The notes under the pieces were generated by a model that had not been told where the DNA came from, ran no database searches, and saw nothing but the letters and a program-made list of their open reading frames with translations. DNA of 64,000 nt, taken from NCBI GenBank assembly GCA_032718475.1, contig JAUCBJ010007179.1, forward strand, positions 62,001 to 126,000, given 5' to 3'. Positions 1 to 12,959 of the stretch are shown here, piece by piece. Within the stretch, counting starts at the first letter, position 1. Each line of letters begins with the position of its first letter. The translations under genes and the position numbers were made by a program. The stretch is from Nemertoderma westbladi (lineage: Eukaryota; Animalia; Xenacoelomorpha).

Positions 1-248
1 TGCTAGATCATCCGCATCTTTAAGGCCAGTGTCCTTTAAGATGCGTCTCAAGAAAGTCATGGACTGTCCACCATGCTTATTCACTCCATGAGGCTGCCAA
101 AGTACAAGATTATGCACTGGCTGGTCCTCACGGCGAAAGCAATGTCCGGCAAAGCGGACGACGACGTCAGACGACGACGACGACGACAGACTACTCGTTA
201 ATGGCACCCATATGCTAAGGCTTCGCTCACTTCGTGGCTCGCCCCACA
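1..248 (+). mobile_element. End of a Helentron/HINE-like non-autonomous DNA element (runs off window start)
   Basis: (GAC)n microsatellite at ~155-190 followed by GCTAAGGCTTCGCTCACTTCGTGGCTCGCCCCACA. The same terminus occurs at 16122-16134 and, reverse-complemented, at 17593-17640. Confidence 0.5.
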
Positions 249-414
249 CTCGAAGAATATTTTGGCCAAAACAATACCGAGACTCAAGAACACAGGTTAC
301 ATTTTTATAATTCTCATTGACGATTGACAGTGAAGCGTTTACTCTTGGTTCATTCAGCTATGTTTAAACGCTATTAGGGATAGGATTATAAAATTCTAAA
401 TAATTGGCGCTTGG

Positions 415-1460
415 AGGGTAATCGAAGACCTGCTGTATCAGCAAAGAATAACAGATGTCGGGCTATTGACTTTGTGGACTTCTTTAAAGTATTCGACTCA
501 GTCTCCCAACCACGGATGTTTAGCATACTAGTAGCACATTGGATTCCTGAGGAGATTATTGCAGCTATCCGATCACTTATATATACGATATGATATATTA
601 TGTATAATATCTGTATAATATATGATATATATTATATGGACGGTGTGATATATCTGCGATGGTCCCACCACATTTGTGTCTTCTGCTGGTGGTGACACAG
701 ATCCATTAGAAGTTTTTCGGTGAGTCGTTCAGGGTGACACACATGCACCATTCTTATTCTTAATTGTGATTGATTATGTTCTACGCATGTCCTTAGATCA
801 TCTTAATAAAGATGGGGTGATGGTAACACCCCCTACTGGCACACGAAGTAGAAGAAATCCAACAAAGTACCTAAATACAGTAATAAGTGAATTGTTGTGG
901 GGTGAGTGACGCGGTGAATTAAATATACAATGTAAATAAGACAATATGATAATGCTCTCCCTAGGTACCGGGTTCGAGCCCCAATAGGGCCGGTTGATAT
1001 TTTTCGCTATGGAGAGTATTATCATATTGTCTTATTTACATTGTATATTTAAAGTACCTAAATGATCTAGACTTTGCTGATGACTTAGGGGTACTGTCAG
1101 AATCACTAGTGGGAGCCCAAATTCTCATTTGCTAATTGGATCAGGTTGCTTCTAATTTTGGTATTTTTGTAATCTCTTATAAGACCAAAATTATGACAGT
1201 GAACCTGACAGCCCCCACGAAATGTGTGATCGTACAGTAAATGTGGATGACTTCTGCTACTTGGGATCATGGATCCGAAAGTCAGGTGAAGACTTTCGGA
1301 TACGTAAGGGGAAGTCATGGGCAGCGTTAAATAGTCTGTCCAGGAATTGGAAGGCCCATAGAATAAAACGGAACCTTAAGGTTCGATTATTTCTTGCAGT
1401 AGTACTGTAGTACCAGTAGTCTTATATGGGAGTCCATGGTGGGCTCTAACTGCAGAGGAT
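415..1460 (+). pseudogene. Degenerate RTE-clade LINE reverse-transcriptase fragment
   Basis: Fragments FVDFFKVFDSV, QGDT.APFLF, DLDFADDL and FCYLGSWI..RIRKGKSWAALN are collinear with the copy at 12330-12958. Multiple stops and frameshifts. Confidence 0.85.
877..1050. mobile_element. 174-bp fold-back insertion with a tRNA B-box-like loop and 13-bp TSD
   Basis: AAAGTACCTAAAT occurs at 864-876 and 1051-1063 but is single-copy in the homologous RTE at ~12666. 40-bp inverted arms at 921-960/1011-1050; GGTTCGAGCCC in the loop. Confidence 0.75.
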
Positions 1461-1899
1461 ACCAAATCTCTGGATTTAGTATTGGCGTTATTGGTAAAAA
1501 AGCGCCAGACTTTACCAGTTCGATCCCGCCTGGACGTCACTGTCGACTTTGCAAAGCCTAACAAATAGTTATAAATCTCTGGATGGCACTTTCGCAAGAA
1601 TGCTGCGCCAGGTTGATTGCGTCAAGTACAATGAACACATCTCCAATGAGACTTATACAACATGGGGGACGTGTTGACGTTTCCTCAAATTTATTCATCT
1701 TTCAAATGAAAGAGAAACTATCTTTAACTCATACAGGACCTTTCTCGTACCCATGTCAAGATTTTTGAAAATAAAAAAATAAAAAAATTATAGAGTAAAT
1801 TATAAAGTTGCCCAAAACCATACAAATCCTATTATATATCGCTTTTTTTTATGTGTAGTTGAGTACAATATTTCTAATGTTTAGTTCAGATGTCTAACA

Positions 1900-3033
1900 G
1901 GTATTTTTCGTGCTGGCACCAAAATTGGGTGCTATGCGAAATTTTCAAAATTAATTGTTTCGAAATTATCATTATTTGACATAAATTGCCTCTGTGATCA
2001 CGAATTCAATGGATTTGAAATGAAGTTCACAGGAGTAACGAAATTACCATTTTCGTGCGCGCACAAAAAGTGGGTGCATAGGCTGCTCGCGAAATTTTCA
2101 AAATCAATTTTTCTTAATATTCATTGTATGATCTATGTTCCTGTGATTTATAGGTATTCTGTGATTGTGAATGCAATGGTAATATAATGGAGTTCATTCG
2201 AGTAACGTAAATGCCTTTTATATAGATATTTTCAAAGATAGGGAGGAGATATCATATTATATTAGTTATAGGCCTACAGTAGTACAGTAGTAAGACTACA
2301 AAAGTCGCAACAGACAAACACTGGTATATCAATGTAAACATAATGTGAGGTTACAAATCAATTTAGAAGTCGTAGCTAGCGGCTCCATCAATAATCTCCA
2401 CCAGACAAGAAAACCTATACCAAATTATCAACAACACTATTTATATTAGCCAGCATCAGCAATTATTTCATTGGCGTTTACTCAACCCTGTCCCTTTCCT
2501 TCCCTTTACTATCAACCCTGCTTAGAATAAGTTATTTTATTATTCCCAAAATTATATTTATCAGAGATGGGTTATTCGTTCATTCCATCCCCCCACCCTT
2601 TCTCTACTAATTGCTATATTATAGTTACATAAAATGAATATTTCAAAACAAATAATTTTTAAAATTTTGTACTGCACCCACGTTTGGTGTGCGACCGAAA
2701 AATGGTAGTTGCGTTACTTGGATGAACTCCAATTCATTACCATTGAAATGGCCACCACAATATACAGGTAAGACTTGAAAATTAGTTACATTTGTCACAT
2801 TATCCGCAATTAAATTTTTCTATTGCACAAAACCACTATTTTTCATATTTGAGGCACTTCCAAATAAATTTTTGCTTATTTTTCAAGAATGTGTTAAAAT
2901 ATACCACTAGAGATTTTGTGTTTCCACATTTCAGTGAAATTCATTAAAAAATAGCCGAGAAATCAGGTCTGGGTCGAATCCGTACCACCACCACCATGGT
3001 AGATCTAAAAGGCCCAGGGTAGATAGGGTGTAA
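1900..3033. repeat. Degenerate MITE-like repeat with internal direct and inverted sub-repeats
   Basis: Similar blocks at ~1905-2045 and ~2050-2210, inverted copies at ~2640-2750 and ~4345-4440. AGATAGGG(T)TAA-type ends at ~3021-3033 and ~4671-4683. Confidence 0.35.
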
Positions 3034-3242
3034 GCATCACCCATTTATCATTCGAGCCAAATATCACACGAATTCGTTACTTTTTAGAAAAGCCTTTGCA
3101 TTTTGAAATTTAAAATTTGCATTCTTCAGAAAACGCATTTAAAGTTTATTCTTAGGGTAATTTTGTCCATTGAAATTATTCCATTATTTCCATTAGATAT
3201 TCCATTATATCCACAGAAACTCCGCTGAAAATTCTGTTGCAA

Positions 3243-3935
3243 GGGTTATCCGGGTCGGTGATTTCATTTCTAAAGTCAGTTTACTCATTTGGCAGATTCA
3301 ATCAAGTCTGTCTGTCATTGCTATCTGTCCGTCCGTCAAAATATAACCGACAGCTGAACAGACAAACAGACAATGTGGATGACATCGAACACGAAAACTG
3401 ACATCGGCAATGAAATCACCAACCATGAAAACCCCCATAACAAAATTTTTAGCTAGTTGGTATGCATTCCTGTTACTGGACAGACATAAATTCGGCATAC
3501 AGACATACAGTAGTAGGTTTTGTTAAAAGTGACGTCGGAAATGAAATCAGGAACTAGACTAACCCCCATAACAAAACTTTTATCAAGTTGGAATGCTTTC
3601 ATTATATTTTGACAGACAGACCGACAATCAGACATAACAGATTCACTAAAAATGAAAACAGACTTCGGAAATGAAATCAGCGACCAAAAAACCAAAACAA
3701 AAAAAGTTTCAGCTACGTGGTATGATATCCTTATATTTTGACAGACAGATCGTCGGTCAGAAAGACAGACTATATAAAAAAATATAACATAATCAGGTAA
3801 ACAATAGATAGGATGTCGCGTACGACCTTTAAAGAAAGACAGACTGACAGTCAGACATAGAGACATAACAGTTTTCGTTAAAAGTGAAAACTGACGTTAC
3901 GAATGAAATCAGCGTCCATGAAAAACCCCATAACA
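3243..3935. repeat. Degenerate ~125-bp tandem units with GACA microsatellite (HINE/MITE-type internal repeats)
   Basis: Recurrent AAAACTGAC(N)TCGGAAATGAAATCAG..CCCCATAACA at ~3393, 3526, 3655 and 3887; an inverted copy at ~3250-3282. Confidence 0.55.
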
Positions 3936-4791
3936 CCCCCCACCCCCCCCCCCCCCCCTAAAGGACATTGGTCCTCGCGAGCACGTATATTAGTTACATA
4001 TCTTGAAGATGCGGATGATCTTCAAATGTAATACGTGATAGGGATTTGTGGCGACGCAATTTTACCTACAAGTCTGTACAGCTGTACCTTTTTTGAATCA
4101 TTAGCTATATAATTTTGTTGAGTCGTTGACATGATAAATTAATATTTCAGTATCAATACTACTATCGGCTTAATTATGTTTCACATTATGTATACAATGA
4201 TATGCCCGCCCATTGTTTGTCTGTGGAGAATATAGTAGACTTACTACCGGTACTATAACTAATATAATATGTTTTCTCCTCCCTATCTTTGCTAACTAAA
4301 TCCTGAGACTAATTTTCCTAGCGGAGAAAATATTTATATAAATGGAATTTGCGCTACTCGGATGAACACCATTTTATTACCATCCCATTCACAATCACAG
4401 AAAAACTATGAATCACAGGAATATAGATCATACAATGATTATTTAAAAAAATAAGAAGTTTTGAACATTTCGAGCTGCGGATGCATTTTATTTTCAAAAA
4501 TCCCGACATGGGTGCGAGAAAGGTCCTTTCCCTTTAATGAGAAAAACGGGCGAGGTTAGAGCACGGTTTTTTTTATTTTCAAGGTCGTACATCTAACCTG
4601 TTAGAAATACCAGCGGATTTTATAATTGTCTGTGTGGAATCCTCTCCTCCCCCCCCCCCCCCCCCCAGGATAGATAGGGTTAAATAGCCTTACCTACAAA
4701 TGACAGTTTAAATCTCCATACACGCATTAAAGCCTGTAAGGGCTAACTGAAATAACTTTCTTATATAAGCTCTCGTGCTGCCGTAATGCTC

Positions 4792-6901
4792 ACGTAACGC
4801 CGGGTGCATGGACGTAACGCCAGGTGCATGGACGTAACGACGGGTGCTTGGACGTAACGCCGGGTGCATGGACGTAACACCGGGTGCATGGACGTAACGA
4901 CGGGTGCATGGACGTAACGCCGGGTGCATGGACGTAACGCCAGGTGCATGGACGTAACGACGGGTGCTTGGACGTAACACCGGGTTCATGGACGTAACGA
5001 CGGGTGCATGGACGTAACGCCGGATGCATGGACGTAACACTGGGTGCATGGACGTAACGCCAGGAACATGGACGTAACACCGGGTGCATGGACGTAACGA
5101 CGGGTGCATGGACGTAACGCCGGTTGTATGGACGTAACACCGGGTGCATGGACGTAACACCGGGTGCATGGACGTAACGACGGGTGCATGGACGTAACGC
5201 CGGGTGCATGGACGTAACGCCAGGTGCATGGACGTAACGACGGGTGCTTGGACGTAACACCGGGTTTATGGACGTAACGACGGGTGCATGGACGTAACGC
5301 CGGATGCATGGACGTAACACCGGGTGCATGGACGTAACGACGGGTGCATGGACGTAACGACGGGTGCATGGACGTAACGCCGGGTGCATGGATGTAACAC
5401 CGGGTGCATAGACGTAACACCGGGTGCATAGACGTAACACCGGGTGCATGGACGTAACACCGGGTGCATGGACGTAACACCGGGTGCATGGACGTAACGA
5501 CGGGTGCATGGACGTAACGCCGGGTGTATGGACGTAACACCGGGTGCATGGACGTAACACCGGGTGCATGGACGTAACGACGGGTGCATGGACGTAACAC
5601 CGGGTGCATAGACGTAACGTCGGGTGCATGGACGTAACGCCAGGTGCATGGACGTAACACCGGGTGCATAGACGTAACACCGGGTGCATAGACGTAACAC
5701 CGGGTGCATGGACGTAACGACGGGTGTATGGACGTAACACCGGGTGCATGGACGTAACACCGGGTGCATAGACCTAACGACGGGTGTATGGACGTAACGA
5801 CGGGTGCATGGACGTAACACCGGGTGCATGGACGTAACACCGGGTGTATGGACGTAACACCGGGTGCATGGACGTAACGACGGGTGCATGGACGCAACGT
5901 CGGGTGCATGGACATTTGCATGGATGTAACACCGGGTGCATGGAGGTAAAGACGAGTGCATGGACGTAACGCCGGATGCATGGACGTAACACCGGGTGCA
6001 TGGACGTAACACCGGGTGCATGGACGTAACACCGGGTGCATGGACGTAACGACGGGTGCATGGACGTAACGTCGGGTGCATGGACGTAACGCCAGGTGCA
6101 TGGACGTAACACCGGGTTCATGGACGTAACGACGGGTGCATGGACGTAACACAGGGTGCATGGATGTAACGACGGGTGCATGGACGTAACGCCGGGTGCA
6201 TATGGACGTAACGCCGGTTGCATGGACGTAACACCGGGTGTATGGACGTAACACCGGGTGCATGGACGTAACACCGGGACCGTGGACGTAACACAGGTTG
6301 CATGGACGTAACTCCTGGTGCATGGACGTAACGACGGGTGCATGGATGTAACGTCAGGTACATGGACGTAGAACCGGGTGCATGGACGTAAAACCGGGTG
6401 CATGGCGTAACGCCAGGTACAGGGACGTAACACCGGGTGCATGGACGTAACAGCGTAACACCGGGTGCATGGACGTAACGACGGGTGCATGGACGTAACG
6501 CCAGGCGCATGGACGTAAAACCGGGTGCATGGACTTAACACCGGATGCATGGACTTAAAACCGGTTGCATGGACGTAACACCTGGTGCATGGACGTAACG
6601 ACGGGTGCATGGATGTAACGCCAGGTACATGGACGTAAAACCGGGTGCATGGACGTAAAACCGGGTGCATGGACGTAAAACCGGGTGCATGGCGTAACGC
6701 CAGGTACAGGGACGTAACACCGGGTTTGTGGACGTAACACCGGGTGCATGGACGTAACAGCGTAACACCGGATGCATGGACGTAACGACGGGTGCATGGA
6801 CGTAACGCCAGGTGCATGGACGTAAAACCGGGTGCATGGACGTAAAACCGGTTGCATGGACTTAAAACCGGTTGCATGGACGTAAAACCGGTTGCATGGA
6901 C
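4792..6901. repeat. 20-bp GC-rich minisatellite, consensus GACGTAAC(AC/GC/GA)CGGGTGCATG, ~105 units
   Basis: Directly visible 20-bp periodicity. It produces the overlapping repetitive minus-strand ORFs in the ORF track. Confidence 0.97.
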
Positions 6902-7334
6902 TCTAATCTTTTGCACTTTCAGTGAGTGTTACGATGTAGTTACTTTGTTACATAAATAATGTGGTGATTATTCTAATGGAAAATATTTCAAATAATGGGA
7001 ATTCAATAACATAGACAATAATTGGTAATGGTGAAGTGAACAAGTTGTTCGATAAATTGCTCAATATAGCCAATGTATATTTGAATACATAGCCATTTGT
7101 CATAACCTCTATATAATATATTTATATTAAAAAAAGGGTTTCTATAACTATATAAAAAAACTATTTTCTGGAATTTATATATCAGTAACGAATTAATAAT
7201 GTAATTCATTTCGTATAAAATTTAATTTGTAAAATGATTGACTTGTAATATAATTAATTGTTCTGTGCACCGGAATTTTCTGTGAATTTTCACTTCCTTA
7301 TCTTACGATGTTGGATATGATTCTTTCTATGTAG

Positions 7335-7383
7335 TTGTATACTCGTTCAATTTCTGAACGTGAGCTAAAGCTATAAATATTTG
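7335..7383 (+). other. Possible 5' non-coding exon of the host gene
   Basis: Ends in a consensus donor TTG|GTAAGT at 7384 and is preceded by TTCTTTCTATGTAG. No coding support. Confidence 0.3.
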
Positions 7384-7994
7384 GTAAGTGTGATTTTATG
7401 TAATATTTATTTAGTATTTTCTTTTAATATCAAAATATTTTAGAGGATCTGCGGCAAATCCAACTAAATCGAACGTAAACTAAAACTGTAAAATATTTTT
7501 AGTTGGAAAATGTACCCACTTGTCATTGTGTCACCAGTTTGGGGTGATTTTTCTAAGCAATTTAAGCAACGTACTTGGAGATATTTTGATTGATTATGGC
7601 AGTATGACCCTTGTTAATGTTTCAGCAAGTGTTTTGTAATGGTGGCTCAGTGTTGTTGTAATAGTGGCTAGAGTTTGGTAGGTATTTATTAGAAATGTTA
7701 GCTAGTATTTTTAAAAAGTTATAGAAAATCTAATAAAATAATACAATGCAGATTTTCAGATATAGGCCTACATTTCTGCACATTATGTTTTTGTGTAATT
7801 TCATTCTTATGAATTCTGATATATTAAATATTGAAGTTACGTTAACATTTTTTAACTAACTAAAAGAGCTACTACAGTATTATTAGCTATTATAAAAATT
7901 ACCAGTTAACGTTATAATTTGATGTAATAAATGATTGATGAATTTTTGATATTTGATACAAATCAACTTAAAAAATACACAAAAAATATAATTT

Positions 7995-8253
7995 TTTATA
8001 AAATATTCAAAAACATTTTTAAAAAATATTCCAGAACATTTTTATAAAATATTCTAGAACATTTTTATATAATATTCTAGAACATCTTTTATAACATATT
8101 CTAGAACATTTTATATAAAAAATTCTAGAACATTTTTTATAAAATATTCTAGAATATTTTTTTGAAAATTTTCTACAACTTTTTTTATAAAATATTCTAA
8201 AACTTTTTTTATAAAATATTCTAAAACATTTTTTATTAAACATTCTAGAACAT
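7995..8253. repeat. ~21-22-bp AT-rich tandem repeat (AATATTCTAGAACATTTTTTATAA)
   Basis: About 11 visible units. Confidence 0.85.
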
Positions 8254-8929
8254 TATTCCTCCCCATTTGATATATTGGTAATATCTCTCTCCACTAGTTC
8301 CATAGTCCACGGTCCCCCCCACTAGTTCCGCACTCGTCCCCACTAGTCCCTAATAATAAATTTTTTTGCAGGAGGGTGTTTTAGAACATTTATATATGTC
8401 AAAAACTGCTTAAAAAATAGCCGGTAAAAAAACACAAAATGGAGAGGAATACGGAAATCTTCCCCTTTATTCTTTAGCTAAACCGGTACTTCAAGAGCCA
8501 TAGGCCTACTATCATAAATAAATATCAAAATCATGAAAAAATGCAAAGATGGAACATTTTAAAAAAGCAAACATTGCCAAGAGGTGCATTCGAATTCAAA
8601 CTTATTAAAATTATAATTCTGCAGATGAAAACGGTTCTAATTATTTTCAGTGTTTGTGGAGCTAGGAAGACTGTTAGGCTGAGATTATATAATTTATGAT
8701 ATTGCTCTCTTATAATTTATAATATAATGCTATTAAACACTAATTTATATATTATGGCACTAATTCGGCATCTTTTTATTGCTATCTTAATCATCTGGTT
8801 AAATATAAAATTATTAATTATATATAATTAATTGTATTTATTTATGTTTACAAATTTTTGTTTTTTTTCCAGATAAGCCATATATTCTGTCAGGGTGGCA
8901 CTAAGCGTTGGTGTGAGGGAAAATTAACC

Positions 8930-8975
8930 ATGTCTTGGAATTTGGACCAATTATTCTTTACCCTTCTATTAGTTG
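8930..8975 (+). CDS. Host gene first coding exon (exon starts 8873): signal-peptide start MSWNLDQLFFTLLLV(G)
   Basis: Acceptor TTTTTTTTCCAG ends at 8872; ACCATG start at 8930; hydrophobic stretch; donor G|GTAAGT at 8976, phase 1. Confidence 0.7.
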
Positions 8976-9216
8976 GTAAGTCTCTTCCTCTCTTATAATA
9001 AGTGACATTATTATAATGTATAAATTCGCTGTTACAAATATAGTTTATATAAAATAAAATAAAAAATCAAATATAGTTTTATTTGTTTTATATAAAAAAA
9101 TAAGGATAATTAATGGAGGGTTTTTTACAGAAATATAGAAGAAACCTATAACGAAATATAATCAAAGGTTCATATCTTTATATCTTTAATTATTAATAAT
9201 ATTTTAATATTTACAG

Positions 9217-9240
9217 GGTTAATCTCCACCCCAACAAAAG
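9217..9240 (+). CDS. 24-nt coding micro-exon, (G)LISTPTK(G), completing the signal peptide
   Basis: TATTTACAG acceptor and AAAG|GTTAGT donor. Phase 1-1 keeps the frame between the flanking exons. Confidence 0.55.
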
Positions 9241-9347
9241 GTTAGTATTACGTTATGAACCACCGGCAACCCGTTAGCGGCTTAGCAGCTCAACATACGC
9301 GCGATCGAAAATATATAGGAAATATTCAAAAATTTGCTTTGACCGAT

Positions 9348-9582
9348 TTAACACTAGAACAGCTGACCGACCAATTTTGACCGTTTTTGGTTTTGAAATC
9401 AACATTGTGAGAATTCAGTTCTACTTGGGGTGCTGAATCTTCTTGACTTTTCCTAAACCTTCATTCATTAGGTATGTCATCAAGGACAAAATTTTTTAAC
9501 CGAATATACTCAGGGGGTGTAGTTTTTGAGATCACAATGGAAGGCTGAAGCGGTCAAAAATGACCGCAAGGCATTCTATACT
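9348..9582. mobile_element. Degenerate MITE (piggyBac-like, TTAA-bounded left end)
   Basis: TTAACACTAGAAC..CAATTTTGACCG on the left versus CGGTCAAAAATGACCGC..ATTCTA on the right form imperfect inverted termini. Confidence 0.35.
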
Positions 9583-9769
9583 AATTCAAGAGTAATAACA
9601 AGTACTGCACCCAAGCATTTAAGCATTTAAGGCTAGTAGACCCCATTAAATTTGTTAAAATTTTATAATTAAAAAGAGAAACAATATACCACCGAAAAGT
9701 AAACAAAAATTTAATTTGAAAATATTTTTTTGCAATACTATTTAATATTAGTTAATATTTGGTCAGATC

Positions 9770-12700
9770 AGGTCAGGTATTCTAGGTCATTGATCAAGAA
9801 AACTTGCCACCTCCATGCAGCATAAAGGAGGTGCCACCTGTAGCTGCATAGACCCTCTTACTAGGGCTAATCTGGCCCTGTAACTAGGACCCCCTTCGTT
9901 CTGGGATAAGGACGCCGTTGGTCCTGGATTAAGGACCCATATACTTGGCTGCAGGGGTATATGGCCTGGCCAGGCAGATGGTGATCTACCAATGGCTGGT
10001 CAGGAGTAGAGTGTTCTCATGTCCACTCTGAGAGCACTTCACTGCGACCTGCACCTGGCAGCAGGGGTACAGGGCATGACCCAGCAGATGAGCTGCACAG
10101 CCAATGGTGGGTCATGTGCGCAAGAGTAGATATGGGTGATGGGCCTCATATCTACTCCACTGCGACACCCACCCTGTGGAACGGCAAACCAGGGTGTGGT
10201 ATTTGCCCTGAGAGCTGACTCGGCAACCCCCCACCCCCCACTATGGATTACATTAGTAATGCGGAGGTCCGGCCACTGGAGGCCAGTGGAATTACCGGAC
10301 ACAATCGGCCTCACAGGCGTCAGTTATCTCCTGACCGGCTGCCTGTCTCACCCCCTACTGGAGAGAGAGAAGCCAACAATTCTTTGAGTCCCTTTCCTGA
10401 TGACCTTTCTGGCCCAAACCCCGGGTCACCAGGGAGGCCAGATTGTGAGGGGGAGAGGGATTCTGGAGTTGGAGGCTACTCTCATGTTCCACCCCGACCA
10501 ACAAAGCCATTGGTGAATCTGAGGCACTAGACTAGCCTCAGTAAACACCCTAACACTCGGGTCCCCAATGCGACAAGGTGAGCTGACTGCCTTGGCAGAT
10601 AAGCTTTCTCTTAGCGCAGTGGGTGTTCAAGAGCACCGAATGCAGACTGGACAGACTGATGAGGTTGTGATTAAGGACATGGGGGGCGGTTGGCGACTTG
10701 CCCTCGCGTCAGCAGATGATAGTGGAAATGGTGGTATTGGTCTATTGATGAATCCAACTGCACATACAGCATTGGACAAAATAGACCAAATCTCTAACCG
10801 CATCATCCGTTGCCACTTCTCATGTTCTGGAAGACTGGCTAAGAAGTTTCCTAAGGTGGTTCTGATTGTGTGCTACTCTCCAACTAGTGTTGCCCCTGTA
10901 GAGGAGGAGGAAAATTTCTACCACAATCTACAAGCAGCTACTGATGGAGTGGATCAGCATGCATTCTTAACATTCCTGGGAGACTTTAATGCAAGTCTGC
11001 ATCAATCACCTACATCGCCCTGGGTCTATAGCAATAGTGTCAACCGAAATTCCGTCCATCTTCAGGATTTTATCTCTGGAAATGGATTGTATTCGGCTGG
11101 AACCCATTTCAAGAAGCGAACTGGAAAGCTATGGACTCATAGTGGACCCAGAGGTCACAAGTCCCAGATAGACCATATTCTGTTTCGTAGGAAGTACAGG
11201 AGCTCTATACAAGACTGTAATGCATTTACACTTCGACCATTCTCCAGTGATCACCGCCTTATTGCGGCCAAGGTAAGACTTAGTCTGCGTGTTAGCAGAA
11301 CAACGAAATCTGCCTTGCCGCGGCATGACTGGTCCTCTCTGTTGCAACAGCCAAGTGTGAGATCCAGCTTCACACTACAGCTGAGAAACAGGTATGAGGT
11401 TCTTGCCTCTGAGGCGGCAGATCACTGTGAGGGCTATACTGCCTTTACAGAAGCAGTTAAGTTAGCAGCTGCAGAAACAGTTCCTGTATACCCTCGAAAC
11501 AGGAAAAGAGCCCCCTGGACGGACATCAAAATCCAGAATTGCCGAAATGACCTATATAAGGCGCAGAAAGAGTCCCGACACAAACAGACTACAGCGGCCA
11601 AGAATGCAGTTAAGGCAGCATCTAGGTCCCTGAACAGTCAGTACTCTGTTAATCTACAGGAGCTAATAAACCAACAGGTTGATGCCATCAATGATGCTGA
11701 CGACAGCAGGCAATCATCCCAGGCATGGAAATCGATCAACTTGCTTACTGGGCGGAAAAGCCAACCAACCACCACGGTTAAGGCTGAATCACCAGCCGAT
11801 CGCCTCAATGGTTGGAAGGCCCACTTTAAAAAGCTCCTCAATAATGACAGGGTATTGCCTGATAACTTTATAGAAGTAAAAGTGTCTGAGTCTGTACTCC
11901 CAGATATTCCCATTGGCGATATCTCCTTTGCAGAAGTGAAGACTGCTGTAAAGAGCATTAAGACCAATCGTGCCAGTGGAGTAGATGGTGTTCCCCCTGA
12001 GGTCTTTAAAATACCTGAGTGTTTAAAGCTCATCTATCCCATCTTAGTAGACATGTACCGTACAACAAGAGTCCCACAAGAAATGAAAACAAATAAGTTG
12101 GTGCCAGTTCCCAAGAAGGGCAACCTAACACTCTATGGTTCTTTTCGGGGAATCTCATTGATCTCGATTGCTGCAAAGCTATACAATAGAATTCTATTAA
12201 ATCGCATCAGGGATCCCATTGAGAGACTGCTCCGTGGAAATCAGAATGGGTTCCGTAAAGGTCGTGGGACCATGGAGCACATTTTGGCACTTAGAAGGAT
12301 AATTTAAGAGTTATCAAAAAAGAAAGACAGGCATCTGGCTGTTATCTTTGTTGACTTCTTCAAGGCCTTTGATTCAGTCTCCCGCTCACGTCTGTTCAGC
12401 ATACTTTCATTATATGGGATTCCTGATGAAATTATTGCAGCAATCAGATCAGTATACGATGGTTCGACAACATTTTGTGTCTACTGTTGATGGTGACACA
12501 GAACCATTTGAAGTGTTATGGGGCGTCCTCCAGGGAGACACACTTGCACCATTCTTGTTCATAATTGTGGTTGACTATGTTCTACGCATGTCCTTAGATC
12601 ATCATAATGATGATGGGGTGATGATAACTCCACCTACTGGCTCCAGAAGTCGAGGAAATCCTGCCAAGTACCTAACTGATCTAGACTTTGCTGATGACTT

Positions 12701-12959
12701 AGGAGTACTCTCAGAATCACTAGAGGGAGCCCAACGGCTCCTCAGCTCATTAGAACATGCTGCTTCTATTGTTGGTCTTTTTATTAACTCCAGAAAGACC
12801 AAAGTTTTGACAGTTAACTTTGAAAGTCATCAGCAAGTCTCTGATCGGATGAGCATAAGCTCAAAGGATGGTATGCTTGAGCATGTGGACAACTTCTGTT
12901 ACCTTGGATCATGGATCAGGAAGTCAGGTGATGACCTTCGAATACGTAAGGGAAAGGCA
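9770..12959 (+). mobile_element. RTE-clade non-LTR retrotransposon, 3'-truncated, intronic
   Basis: GC-richer 5' region followed by a single APE-RT ORF. Similarity to the other RTE fragments ends abruptly after RIRKGKA at ~12959. Confidence 0.88.
10568..12959 (+). pseudogene. RTE ORF: AP endonuclease + reverse transcriptase, with a stop at 12305-12307 and a frameshift near 12475
   Basis: APE motifs GVQEHR, CYSPT, LGDFNA, QIDHIL, SDH. RT motifs VPKKG, FRGISL, QNGFRKGRGT, FVDFFKAFDSV, GVLQGDTLAPFLF, DFADD, FCYLGS. Confidence 0.92.

Noticed and set aside
4708-6916. Long overlapping minus-strand ORFs (up to 445 aa)
   Set aside because: They are translations of the 20-bp minisatellite in all three frames; the repeat simply lacks stops on that strand.
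10074-10120. CAGATGAG resembling a hammerhead ribozyme core in the RTE leader
   Set aside because: It is not CTGATGA, there is no GAAA partner, and it sits in a simple GCAG/CTGC hairpin.
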